DNA from: Hemiscyllium ocellatum
Lineage: Eukaryota
NCBI RefSeq assembly: GCF_020745735.1
Contig: NC_083418.1
Coordinates: 62,203,776 to 62,267,775 of the forward strand
Direction: 5' to 3'
DNA: 64,000 nt
A model generated the notes under the pieces. That model did not search any database, was not told the DNA's origin, and saw only the letters and a program-made list of their open reading frames with translations. A program made the translations under genes and the position numbers. Shown here in pieces: positions 47,851-58,994 of this stretch (position 1 is the stretch's first letter; the number at the start of each line of letters is the position of its first letter).

Positions 47851-48770
47851 TGATTTGGAGGAGAATGTACATGGCCTGATTAGTACGTTTGTGGATGACA
47901 TAAGTTGCGGGGTGCTGCAGATAGTGAGGAGGACTGCCAAAGGATACAGCAGGATATAGATAGACTGGAGACTTGGGCGGAGAAATGACAGGTGATGTTT
48001 AATCCAGACAAGTGCTGGTGATGCATTTTGGAAGATCTAATGCAGGAGGGAGGTATACAGTAAGTGGCAGAACCTGTAGAAGTGTCAACATAAGAGGATG
48101 TAGGCGTATGGATCATAGTTCCCTGAAAATGGCAAGACAAGTGGATAAGGTAGTCAAGAAGGTATATGGCATACTTGCCTTCACCAGTTCGGGTACAGAG
48201 TATAACACATTGGCAAGTCATTTTGCAGCTGTTTAGAATTTAATTAGGCGACATTTGAAATATTGTTTACAGTTCTGGCTGCCACATTACTAGAAGAATG
48301 TGGAGGGTTTGGTGAGGGTGCAGGAACAGTTTACTATGAGTTTGCCTGGTTTTAAGGGTATTAGCTATGAAGAGAGATTGAACAAACTTAGTTTGTTTTC
48401 AATTGAACTTTAGATGATGAGGTTCCACCTGACAGACACTTACAAAATATGAAAGGCATGGAAAGAATGGATAGTTGGAGTCTTTTTTCCTAGGTTAGAA
48501 ATGCCAATTGTAGGGTAAATAGGTTTATGGTAAAAGGGGGTAAGTTTAAAAGGAGATGAGAGGCAAGTTGTTTTACTCAAAGGGTATTAATTTTCTGGAA
48601 TGCAACTAAAGGAAGTGGTGGAAATGGATATAATAGAAAGGTTTAAGAGGCATCTTACAGATCCATGAATAGGTAGGGAAGAGGCATATGGACCACATAG
48701 AGGCAAAAGGATGTCAGCAAGTCTTGGTGGGCTGAAGGGTCTGTTCCTATGCTTACTGTTCTTATTAGTT
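47851..48770 (+). mobile_element. Degenerate CR1-type LINE 3' part
   Basis: GTACGTTTGTGGATGAC (FADD region), ATGCATTTTGGAAGATCTAATGC and the 3' tail GGGCTGAAGGGTCTGTTCCTATGC. Confidence 0.7.
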
Positions 48771-49975
48771 TTTTTGATTCAAGCACAAGGACCCTGAAAT
48801 CCTCCTGACTTACAGTCTTCTGCAGTCTTTCTCCATTTAAGTAATATATGACTTTTTTTTTGCTGCCAAAAGGCATAACTTCATTTTCCCCTCATTATAT
48901 TCCAACTGCCAATTTTTTGACCACTTGCTCAACCTGCCTATACCCCCCCCCGCAGCAGACTCTTTTTGTTAACCTCACCATGTACATTTCCATCTGCTTT
49001 TGTGTGATCTACAAACTTGCTGATTGTACATTTACTTTCCTCATCCATTAATATATTACAAAATAATTGTGGCTCCAACACTGATTCCTGTAAACGTATC
49101 TAGTTAAGGGCTGCCATCCTTTGGCTGCAATCTTAACTCTGTCTTCTATTCGTTAGTCAATCCTCTGTTTGTTCTAATCTTACTCTCCCCAACACTATGG
49201 ATTCTTATCTTGTTAAGTATCCTATGTGAAGTTCCTTTCGAACATCTTTTAGAAATCCAAATATATTTCATCTACAGGTTTCCCTTTAGCTATCTTTCCT
49301 GAACCACTTCAAGAAATTCTAAATTTTGTTAGGCTTGAGTTACTTTTCATAAAGCCGTGCTGTCTCTACTTGTTAAAATTATGCATTTTTAAATGCCCGC
49401 GATAGCATACTTTATGATAGACGCATAACATTTTCTCAGTGATAGATGCCAAGTCAAGTGGCCTGTAGTTATCTTTTTTTGTCTCCTTCCCAGTTTTCCA
49501 TTCCTCTGGGACTTTTCTCAAATTTGTGGGAAGGTTATTTCCTGTGCATCTGCTATCTCTGGAGTTATTTTCTTTAATATCCTAGGGTGCAACCCATCAG
49601 GCTCAGGGGCCATTAGCCACATCAATTTCCCTGGTACTTTTTCTCCCATTTTTTTGCCTGTTGGTCATTTGGTATTTTGGGAATATTTTTAATATAATTT
49701 GCTACGAAGACTGTTGCCAGTCATTTTTAGCTCCTCTGCCATTTCCTGGTTTCTGATTAATATTTCCCAGCTTTATTCTCAAAGGAGCCTTTCTTCATTT
49801 TGGCCCCTCTCTTCCTTTTTGTATGTTTGAAGAAGTGCTTACTGTCCATAGAATCATAGAATCAGAATCACAGAAGTGTTACAGCACAGAAGGAGGCCCT
49901 GAAGCTCATTAAATGAGCATCATTACCTAGTTCCAGTCTCCATTTCTTCCCCTTACTTTGGCATATTAGTTTTAT

Positions 49976-50638
49976 GGAGAAAGTGAGGTCTGCAGATGCT
50001 GGAGATCAGAGCTGAAAATGTGTTGCTGGAAAAGCGCAGCAGGTCAGGTAGCATCCAAGGAACAGGAAATTCGACGTTTCGGGCATAAGCCCTTCATCAG
50101 GAATGAGGAAAGTGTGTCCAGCAGGCTAAGATAAAAGGTAGGGAGGAGGGACTTGGGGGAGGGGCGATGGAGATGTGATAGGTGGAAGGAGGTCAAGGTG
50201 AGGGTGATAGGCCAGAGTGGGGTGGAGGCGGAGAGGTCAGGAAGAAGATTGCAGGTTAGGAAGGCGGTGCTGAGTTTGAGGGATTCGACTGAGACAAGGT
50301 GGGGGGAGGGTAAATGAGGAAACTCATTTGACCAACCAACCCAACCACCCCGTGGCCCAACACTTTAGCTCCCCCTCCCCCTCCCACTCCTTGGACTCCT
50401 CCATCGCCAGACCATAACAACACGACGGTTGGAGGAAGAGCGCCTCACCTTCCGCCTGAGAACCCTCCAACCACAAGGGATGAACTCAGATTTCTCCAGT
50501 TTCCTCATTTCCCCTCCCCCCACCTTGTCTCAGTCGAATCCCTCGAACTCAGCACTGCCTTCCTAACCTGCAATCTTCTTCCTGACCTGCTGTGCTTTTC
50601 CAGCAACACATTTTCAGCATATTAGTTTTATGCAAATA
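49976..50638. mobile_element. Rearranged PLE 3' end (minus copy followed by an inverted plus copy)
   Basis: The terminal repeat and purine-rich 3' region occupy 49976-50325 (-). About 50330-50638 (+) encodes RRLEEERLTFRLRTLQPQGMN and is the reverse complement of part of the first segment. Confidence 0.8.
50069..50104 (-). ncRNA. Minimal type I hammerhead ribozyme motif, intact
   Basis: The minus strand reads AUUC-CUGAUGA-A-GGGC/UUAU/GCCC-GAAAC-GUC-GAAU: 4-bp stem I, 4-bp stem II and palindromic ACGU stem III. Confidence 0.7.
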
Positions 50639-51368
50639 ATCATCTTATGCCCTCTTTAGTGCCTCAATTGAATCTGTCTCCAGCACATTGCTAGGCAGGA
50701 CATTCCATACTTAGTGAGTGAAAAAGTTTTAATTTCCACTTCATCCTTAGTTCTTTTCTGATCACTTTAAATCTCTGCCCTCTTGATCTTGTTCCCTTTA
50801 AAAAGCAGGAATATTTTTTCTCTATCTACTCATCCAGCCTGCTCATAATTTTGAAAGCCTCTATCAGATCTTCACCCAACCTTCTGTCCAAGAAGAACAG
50901 TCTCAACCATTCTTGTAAATGAAATCCACTTAGCTATAACTTGCTAGTTAACCTTCAAGGTTTGTTTTCTCCCTTTTTTGGTAATCTTTTGTTGGCTTTT
51001 CGAACTTCCCAATCCTCTGGCTTACCACCAGTTTTATTTTTCAATTTGACATTACCCTTATCTTTGTTAACTTGCTCTAGTTTATCCTCTTGCTAGACTT
51101 CTTCCTTACTGGGATATATCTTCACTGTGAATCATTAACTATTTTCTTCAACATCGTCTTTGTTCATCAACTCTTTCCCAGTCCACTCCAGCCAACTTAA
51201 TCTTATTCCTTTATAATTAGAGGTCTTTTCATCTAGTGTTTTGGCCAAAACACATTTCCCAACCAAATCCTCCATTTAGCTACAGGAAGGCACTTCCCTG
51301 CTCAGTGGTACTTTTTCAATTTTAGTACTGTATTTGGGTTTTACAAATGTAGCAGTCCAAACACACTA

Positions 51369-51542
51369 CAGAGGAATCTCAATTATCTGAAAGACACGGG
51401 CGAGCAGTATTTCATTTGGTTAATCAAATTCCAGATAATCAAATGCTGGATAACATAGTTTAGCCAAGCATCGGGACCTTGTGATCTTGCCGGATAATCT
51501 GATATTTGGATAATCGAATGCCAGATAATCGAGGTTCCTCTG
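51369..51542. mobile_element. Tc1/mariner (Tigger/pogo-like) MITE, 174 bp
   Basis: TIRs CAGAGGAATCTCAATTATCTG and CAGATAATCGAGGTTCCTCTG (2 mismatches), flanked by TA at 51367-51368 and 51543-51544. Confidence 0.8.
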
Positions 51543-54500
51543 TATCTGCTTTCAAGTTTCAACTTTTGTTTCCCTTCAAAACCATTTCAATTTTAGCTGT
51601 TTGCTGTTAATTCTTCATTATTTTGAAGCGGGGACAGTGGTTGATCTTAGTGGTTTTCTTTTTCTCAGTATGTGCAGTGGATCATGTAGTCTCTATTTCT
51701 GCTGTCAGTTTATGTTCAGTGTTTGGATGTAAATGCTCAATGTCTGCTTTTTTATTACCACTTCACAGACAGGATATAAAGCAGCAGTAATTTCCCTAGC
51801 ATGTAAATTCTTTAATGTTATTCAGATAGTTGCATTATGATGCACAGGCATCCCTTTAATTGTCAGGTAGACCTTTTGCTGTTGACTAACTTTATAGTGA
51901 GTTACAGAAGGCTTGGTTCTACATAATTCATATATTTTGGCTGTTAGCAAAATTGATTTAATGCTGTTGCTGTAATGTAATTGTACTAAACTGAGTGAAT
52001 TTAAAACTTTCTTTTGAATTACCGACCAGTACTGTTGGTTCTGAATGTTGTGATGAACAGACTGGAACATGGAGACACTGTGCAGAGAAATATCTGTTTT
52101 TCATTCTTTTCTCATGGTCCCTGATGATCAAGGCAATTCTGGCTTTGAACAATATTTCCCTTTCACATAGGTATGAGTTAAAATTTAACATTTTCACTCA
52201 ATTTATGCTCATAGTAGTTTTTGCCCTACATTTACGACTAGTTTGGTTTTTGTGTGTAGAGATAATGCTTGGTCATTCTGAGAATGGAAATCATTTAGAA
52301 TTTTGCACCGTTTTTAAAATAGAAAACTAACCGATGTCTTGGAACATAAGTCATGGAATAGCCATTTGACCGTTTTGGGCCTGGCAATACTATTCAATAA
52401 AATCGTGTTTGACCTGATTGTGGTCTCATCTCCAGCTTCCTTCCTTTCTGCCCTGCATAATCCTTGACTCTCCTCTATCAAAAAAATCTGTTATTCAACC
52501 TTGGATAAATTCAGTGGCCCAGCCGCCACTGCTCTTTGGAGAAGAGAATTTCACATACTAACAACCGTCTGAATAAGAACATTTTTCCTCCTCTCCATTC
52601 AAAAAGTATTAAATAAAAGTATACTGAATGAAGGTAAAACAACAAATAAGCCAGGTGAACGTTCAAATTGTTTCTAACTCAATTACATCTTTTTTCAAAT
52701 AGAGATCAAAACTCTACACAGTAAACCAGATGTAGTTTCGTCAGTTACTTTATATAATTTGTGCAATTTCTCTCTTTTTATATTCCATTTCTCGTTGCAA
52801 TAAACAGCAACATTCCACTTGCTTCCTGCTAAACTGCTCACTGCATCTATCTCATTTTTTAAATTGAATTCTTCATGTTTTTTTAATCAGAATGTTGTCT
52901 GTGGTCTGTCATTCCCTGATCCTCATCCTTTTTTTTATCCTTCTCGGAGATTGAGACAGTCCAACTGCCCTATGGTACCTCACCCATCTGAGCATTCTTT
53001 ATGCATGAGGCCAGCCTTGATTATGGGTTGGCTTCACATTTACCTTCACATTTCAAACTTGACAGGGTTCAAACATCTACACGCACTATTTTAATGGGAT
53101 TTGGATTCAAATTCTGAGACAGTTGCAATTGGAAATGAATTGATCACCAATTTGGAGAGTTAGCTCCAAGACTGTGACCCAGCAGGTTTGAGGGTAACTA
53201 AATTTCATGATTCTGTTTTATTAAGTGAACACTTTGGACAAAAATCTATCAGAAAATAAAACATAATCAAATGTAAATAGAGTCAAATTTGTATTATGAC
53301 AGTCTGGGTTAAAAAAAGTGGTTGCTTGTTACTGTCTGTAATTAATGTAACATTTATCTTTTCTGATGTCTTCTGTGCCAAATGTATTTCCAGTAATTTT
53401 AGCTTCATACACTGAAATAGCAGCTATGAAGGTGTAGGTTTTTAATCATTATCTTTTCTGATTCTGGATTTTCTTTAAAATTTGAAATTATTAGCCAATA
53501 GCTTTTTCTATCTCTGATCCATTTGCTTATTGGCTCACTATTCTTTGAATACCGACGTTGCACTTGATTGGATATTAATACATCATTTATATGTTAGTTG
53601 AAATTAGTGACCTTCACTGCCCTTTTAAATGTAGAGGTAAGATAAATAGAGCACAAATATGACTAACAGCTTTGGTCACTTCCATAATGACATGCCATTT
53701 CTCTCTCACTGAGTTTTCTGGACTGTGCCTAAAAACAATGTGGTAATAGTAGATCAAATTTTGTCGACAAAGTTTAATTTATATTTTTCTAGATGAAAGA
53801 AACTTTGCAGAGACTGACATGAATTATCGAGGGACATCATTCAACAACTTCTCTACAGTTCAGAATCCTTTGATAAGTTATTCAATTGCAACAACCTTAT
53901 TTGAAAGCTTCTGTATTATAAGTACAGTAAATAGTTCTATCTTTAAAAATGATTGCTATTAGTTACTATGGCAGCCCTGCATCCTTACCTCTGATCACTT
54001 TCTTTAAACAATATTACCGTCAAGTACAAAGGAGGCTGAACTTGCTTGTAGATTTAGAAGGTGGCGAAGACTTGGCAGACATGCAGCATACAAGCAGTGT
54101 AGAAGATAATTCAGGGAGTTTACAGCTGGTGCAGATGGTACTAAGCAGAACCCTGATGGGAGTAACTGTCTGATTGCTGGAGTACAACAGATGCAACAAT
54201 GACGTTCTAAAGGTACAAGATAACCAATATATCAAAATACACTACAATACATCTGCAGCACCTAAACTTCATTAATATTCTAATCCTCTTAAAACTTGAT
54301 TAAATCCTTCATGTTAAATTCCCTTTGCTAGTTATCATACTGGTTGTAATTTTAGGGAAAGCTCTTCAATTTGTATTTCTTTTCTTAGATGTAGAGATGC
54401 TGGTAGGCAACTTTTAGGTTTATTATTAAAGCAAAATGTTACCTGACTTGGGTACATTAATGATACCATGGGTCAGAACCCCGCAGTATAATGTACATTT

Positions 54501-55745
54501 TTAACTTTGTGCATTGTAACTCTAAAATATGTTATTTTAAATGAGAATTAATACAGTCAAAAAATGGCTGTGGATGTGAATTAAGTGACTTTCTCGACGG
54601 AAATACACTCCTGGAATGTCACCTATGGAAATGAAGAGAACTTCAAATAACATCCCTTCACTGTGGAAAAGAGGCAAGTCAAAACAGACTGGACTGTGAT
54701 CTCTTGTGACAATGAAAATAACAAGATGCTGATGACCCCTACTGAACAGCAAGCCATTTCCCTGCAGATTATGTCCCACGCTGCATTCATGTTTTGTACT
54801 TTTCCCTTTGAAGAATACACAAGGACAGTTTAGTGCACTAATGGGACTGAATGCTCTTGTGCGTACCAGCCTGGGTTTGAGTATTACCATACCAGTCAAA
54901 GAGCTCTCTCCGAGTCACTCCTGTGTTGCGAGAAAAATGATTCTTTAGCTCGGAGTCATGGAAATTAGGTAGCTAGCAGCCAAGCAAAAGGAAACAGGAC
55001 AATAAAAGTACTTTCTCTGACACTGAATGCTAGAATACAGTCATGGCCAATAGGAATCAGAATGATAAAATCTCTACTAATCTGACCATAAAATTGACGT
55101 TTCAACTAACAATGTTAATTCTACTGACAGCCTTCACTGCAACAGCTACAATGTTCAATTATCCACTCTTCACAAACAATTCAGAATCTGATGTCTTTTA
55201 AATCTTTATCTTTTTTGGACTTGCCTCTTATTTCTAATCTCTGTTTGTGTTGTGTTACTAATTCTTCTGTAGTTTGTTAGTTATTGAACTCATGCTTTAT
55301 TAACTCATAAGCCTGAATAAATTGTCTCCTTTTTTGGGCATAAATTCATTTGAGTCTGGGAAAATACAAGGGAAGGGACCTTTTTAAAATTAATTCTTGT
55401 GATCAACTGAGAGGATGGGTGAATAAAGAAGTAGAACAGTTCATCCCTCCTCACCCATGAGTTTAATGATTTGGGGTCTGGTCATCTCGACTGCCAACAT
55501 GTGATTCATTGAAGTTTTTGCATTTGTGATTAAGAAACTAGTTTTCGCAGAAACTCAAACTGTAACCTAACAAGAGTAATTCCCAAATATATGGTCATCA
55601 CAATTTACTGATTATTCCTGAATTGAAAACGCTCTTTTAATTTATTGTGATTTCTAGCAAGAACATTTTATGAAAAGAATTTTCCAATTTTGTTGTATTC
55701 TATGGAAGGTGATGTCTTTACGAAGCTTTTTGAATTGTAATGCAA

Positions 55746-56165
55746 AGGAGAGGCTGAATAGACTGGGGCTATTTTTCTCTGGAGCATCGGAGGCTGAGGG
55801 GTGACCTTAAAGGTTTATAAAATGAGGGGCATGGATAGGGTAAATAGACAAAGTCTATTTGTGGGAGTCCAAAATTAGAGGGCGTAGGTTTAAGTTGAGA
55901 GGGGAAAGATTTAAAAGGGACCTAACAGACAACTTTTTTATGCAGAGAGTGGTACAGGAATGGACTGATCTGCCAGAGGAAGTGATGGAGGTTGGTACAA
56001 TTACAGCATTTAAAAGGCATCTGGATGGATATATGAATAGGAATGGTTTAGAGGGATGTGGGCCAAATACAGGCAAATGGGACTAGATTTATTTAGGATA
56101 ACTGGTGGGCATGGACAGGTTGGACTGAAGGGTCTGTTTCCATGCTATATGTCTCTATGATTCTA
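55746..56165 (+). mobile_element. CR1-type LINE 3' end
   Basis: ORF 55859-56086 reads ESKIRGRRFKLRGERFKRDLTDNFFMQRVV, with a CTCTATGATTCT tail. Confidence 0.85.
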
Positions 56166-57305
56166 AATGCACAATAATGTTCATTCAGTAACCAGATAGA
56201 ATAGCTGTACAATTGACAGTCAACATGATAAGTAGATAGTAAATAGTGCTCAGAATAAGTTCTAGAAAATATTATACTCTTGATTATAGAGAGGTCATGT
56301 GATGTAGTGGATGGCATTTCTGCCTCTAAGAAAGAACTTTGGATTCAAGTCCCACTTAGAATTCCTTGGTCATTAAATTCCTATGTGTCATAATGTGGCT
56401 GAATAAATTGAGGATCAAGCTGCAAATCCTTCTCATACATGCTAACAGCAGGTAGTAGCAGTGGGCAGGATTCCTGGTCTGCCATGTAATGGAAAGAAAG
56501 TTTAAGACCTTTACTATCACTGTCCAGAGCTCCAGGCTGCTTGTTGCCACAGCAACTCAGTCTCCCTGTGTGATATGTAACAGGCCAGTACCACTCTTGA
56601 TTATGAATTGTATAGACTTTATCAAAAGACACTAGACACAATTCTGGGTTTCTGATGGCAATGTTGTACGGCTGTTTTCAAAGACAAATCCAGAAGATAA
56701 ATAACATGCCTTCTTTCTTAGACAGATTCTCAAGACTGAAAATTACATTCTTTCATTTGGAATTGTGGCTTCTGAGATGACTAAATAGTCTAGTGCTGAA
56801 TTTGCATGCCCTGTCACAGATTTATAGGGGATCTTATGGTAAAATGGTATTGTCTCTGCCTCCAAGCAAGAAAATCTGTTTAAGTTCACAACGGATTGAT
56901 GAAAGTAACTATCCTACCACAGGTGGGGCAGGTGATGTTTAAAGTAATGGTTGGATGCTGAGGTTTTTCTACTTTCCTTTTACTGTTTTGCATCACTAGA
57001 TCACATGACCTCTTTATAATTAAGAGATGCTCAAGACGGTTAGCAGCTTTGTAGATGTGTCCTCTCCAATTTCGGAAGTTTTGGGGACGGATTCCCATGT
57101 GTTGATGGCGATATTGCATTTTTTCAGAGAAGCTTTCAGGTTGTCCTTTGAAGCATTTTCTCTTTCCTTCTAATAAGTGCTTGCCGTGGATAGCTATTAT
57201 TTGGAGGACTTGTGTGAGACATGTGATGTGGCAACAGTTGATTGACAGTACCTGGTACATGATGCTGGTGTTGTTGGCCTGTGACAGGGCAGTGATTTAG
57301 TAGTG

Positions 57306-57431
57306 CTGAAAATGTGTTGCTGGTTAAAGCACAGCAGGTTAGGCAGCATCCAAGGAACAGGAAATTCAACGTTTCGGGCCAGAGCCCTTCATCAGGAATG
57401 AGCTTCAACGTTTCGGGCCAGAACCAACTCG
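57306..57431 (-). mobile_element. Short PLE terminal-repeat insertion with a 14-bp TSD inside the RTE relic
   Basis: GTGATTTAGTAGTG is duplicated at 57292-57305 and 57432-57445. The insert carries a hammerhead and a partial duplicate of it. Confidence 0.8.
57364..57399 (-). ncRNA. Minimal type I hammerhead ribozyme motif, intact
   Basis: The minus strand reads AUUC-CUGAUGA-A-GGGC/UCUG/GCCC-GAAAC-GUU-GAAU, with palindromic AACGUU stem III. Confidence 0.7.
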
Positions 57432-57790
57432 GTGATTTAGTAGTGACTATCCTGCTATTGGATATGCAGGATTTTGCAGTTGCAACGCTGGTGATATTTC
57501 TCTAGGGATTTGAGATGTCTGTTGTACATTGTCCATATCTCCAAACTATGCAGAAAGGTTGTTAACACTACTGCCGTCTCAACCAGGAGCTTTGTGCCAG
57601 GTTTGGAATATTTGTCATCAAATATTGTGTTCTTCAAATAGCTAAAGGCTGCACTGGCGCAGTGGAGACTCTGTTGTGTTTCATCATCAAAATCTGTCCT
57701 TGCTGCGAAAAATCTACCAAGATGTGAGAATTGAAGCATTATTCTGTATCGTGCAGTTTTTCAGTTCTCTGCTTTTTCCTGTCTATCGCT

Positions 57791-58994
57791 GATTGATGAG
57801 GGCAGAGCAGTAGATGTGATCTATATGGACTTCAGTAAGGCGTTCAACAAGGTTCCCCATGGGAGACTGATTAGCAAGGTTAAATCTCATGGAATACAGG
57901 GAGAACTAGCCATTCGGATACAGAACTTGCTCAAAGATAGAAGACAGAGGGTGGTGGTGCAGGGTTGTTTTTCAGACTGGAGGCCTGTGACCAGTGGAGT
58001 GCAGCAAGGATCAGTGCTGTGTCCTCTACTTTCTGTCATTTACATAAATGATTTGGATGCGAGCATAAGAGGTACAGTTAGTAAGTTTGCAGATGACACC
58101 AAAATTGGAGGTGTAATGGATAGCGAAGAGGATTACTTCAGATTACAATAGAATCTGGAGCAGATGGGCCAATGGGCTGAGAAGTGACAGATGGAGTTTA
58201 ATTCAGATAAATGCGAGGTGCTGCATTTTGGGAAAGCAAATCTTAGCAGGACTTATTCACTAAATGGTAAGGTCCCAGGGAGTGTTGCTGAACAAAGAGA
58301 CCTTGCAGTGCAGCTTCTTGTAAGTGGAGTCGCGGGTAGATAGGATAGTGAAGAAGGCATTTGGTATGCTTTCCTTTATTGGTCAGAGTATTGTGTACGG
58401 AGTTGGGAGGTCATGTTGCGGCTTTACAGGACATTGGTTAGGCCACTGTTGGAATATTGTGTGCAATTCTGGTCTCCTTCCTATCGGAAAGATGTTGTGA
58501 AACTTGAAAGGGTTCAGAAAAGATTTACAAGGATGTTGCTAGGGTTGGTTGATTTGAGCTATAGTGAGAGGCTGAACAGGCTGGGGCTGTTTTCCCTAGA
58601 GCGTCGGAGGCTGAGGGGTGACCTTTTAGAGGTTTGCAAAATTATGAGGGGCATGGATAGGATAAATAGGCAAAGTCTTTTCCCTGGGGTCGGGGAGTCC
58701 AGAACTAGAGAGCATAGGTTTAGGGTGAGAGGGGAAAGATATAAAAGAGACCTAAGGGGCAACTGTTTCATGCAGAGGGTGGTACGTGTATGGAATGAGC
58801 TGCCAGAGGATGTGGTGGAAGCTGGTACAATTGCAACATTTTAGAGGCATTTGGATGGGTATATGGATAGGAAAGGTTTGGAGGGATATGGGCCGGGTGC
58901 TGGCAGGTGGGACTAGATTGGGTTGGGTAACAGGTTGGCATGGATGGGTTGGACCGAAGGGTCTGTTTCCATGCTGTACATCTGTATGACTCTA
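57791..58994 (+). mobile_element. CR1-type LINE, 1.2 kb 3' part
   Basis: ORF 57816-58151 reads IYMDFSKAFNKVPHGRL...SGVQQGSVLCPLL..IYINDL...SKFADDTKIGG. ORF 58413-58844 is the C-terminal part. Confidence 0.9.

Larger units (their letters stand above)
56990..57780 (-). mobile_element. RTE-clade LINE relic (C-terminal RT region)
   Basis: ORF 57455-57739 (-) reads FSHLG...CASAAFSYL...TKLLVETAVVLTTFL..LEIWTMYNRHLKSLEKYHQRC..KILHI, typical of the RTE/BovB-like C-terminus. Confidence 0.7.

Noticed and set aside
54537-54899. 120-aa minus-strand ORF, and the 74-aa ORF at 53949-54173
   Set aside because: No recognisable domain or splice context, and lengths are compatible with chance.
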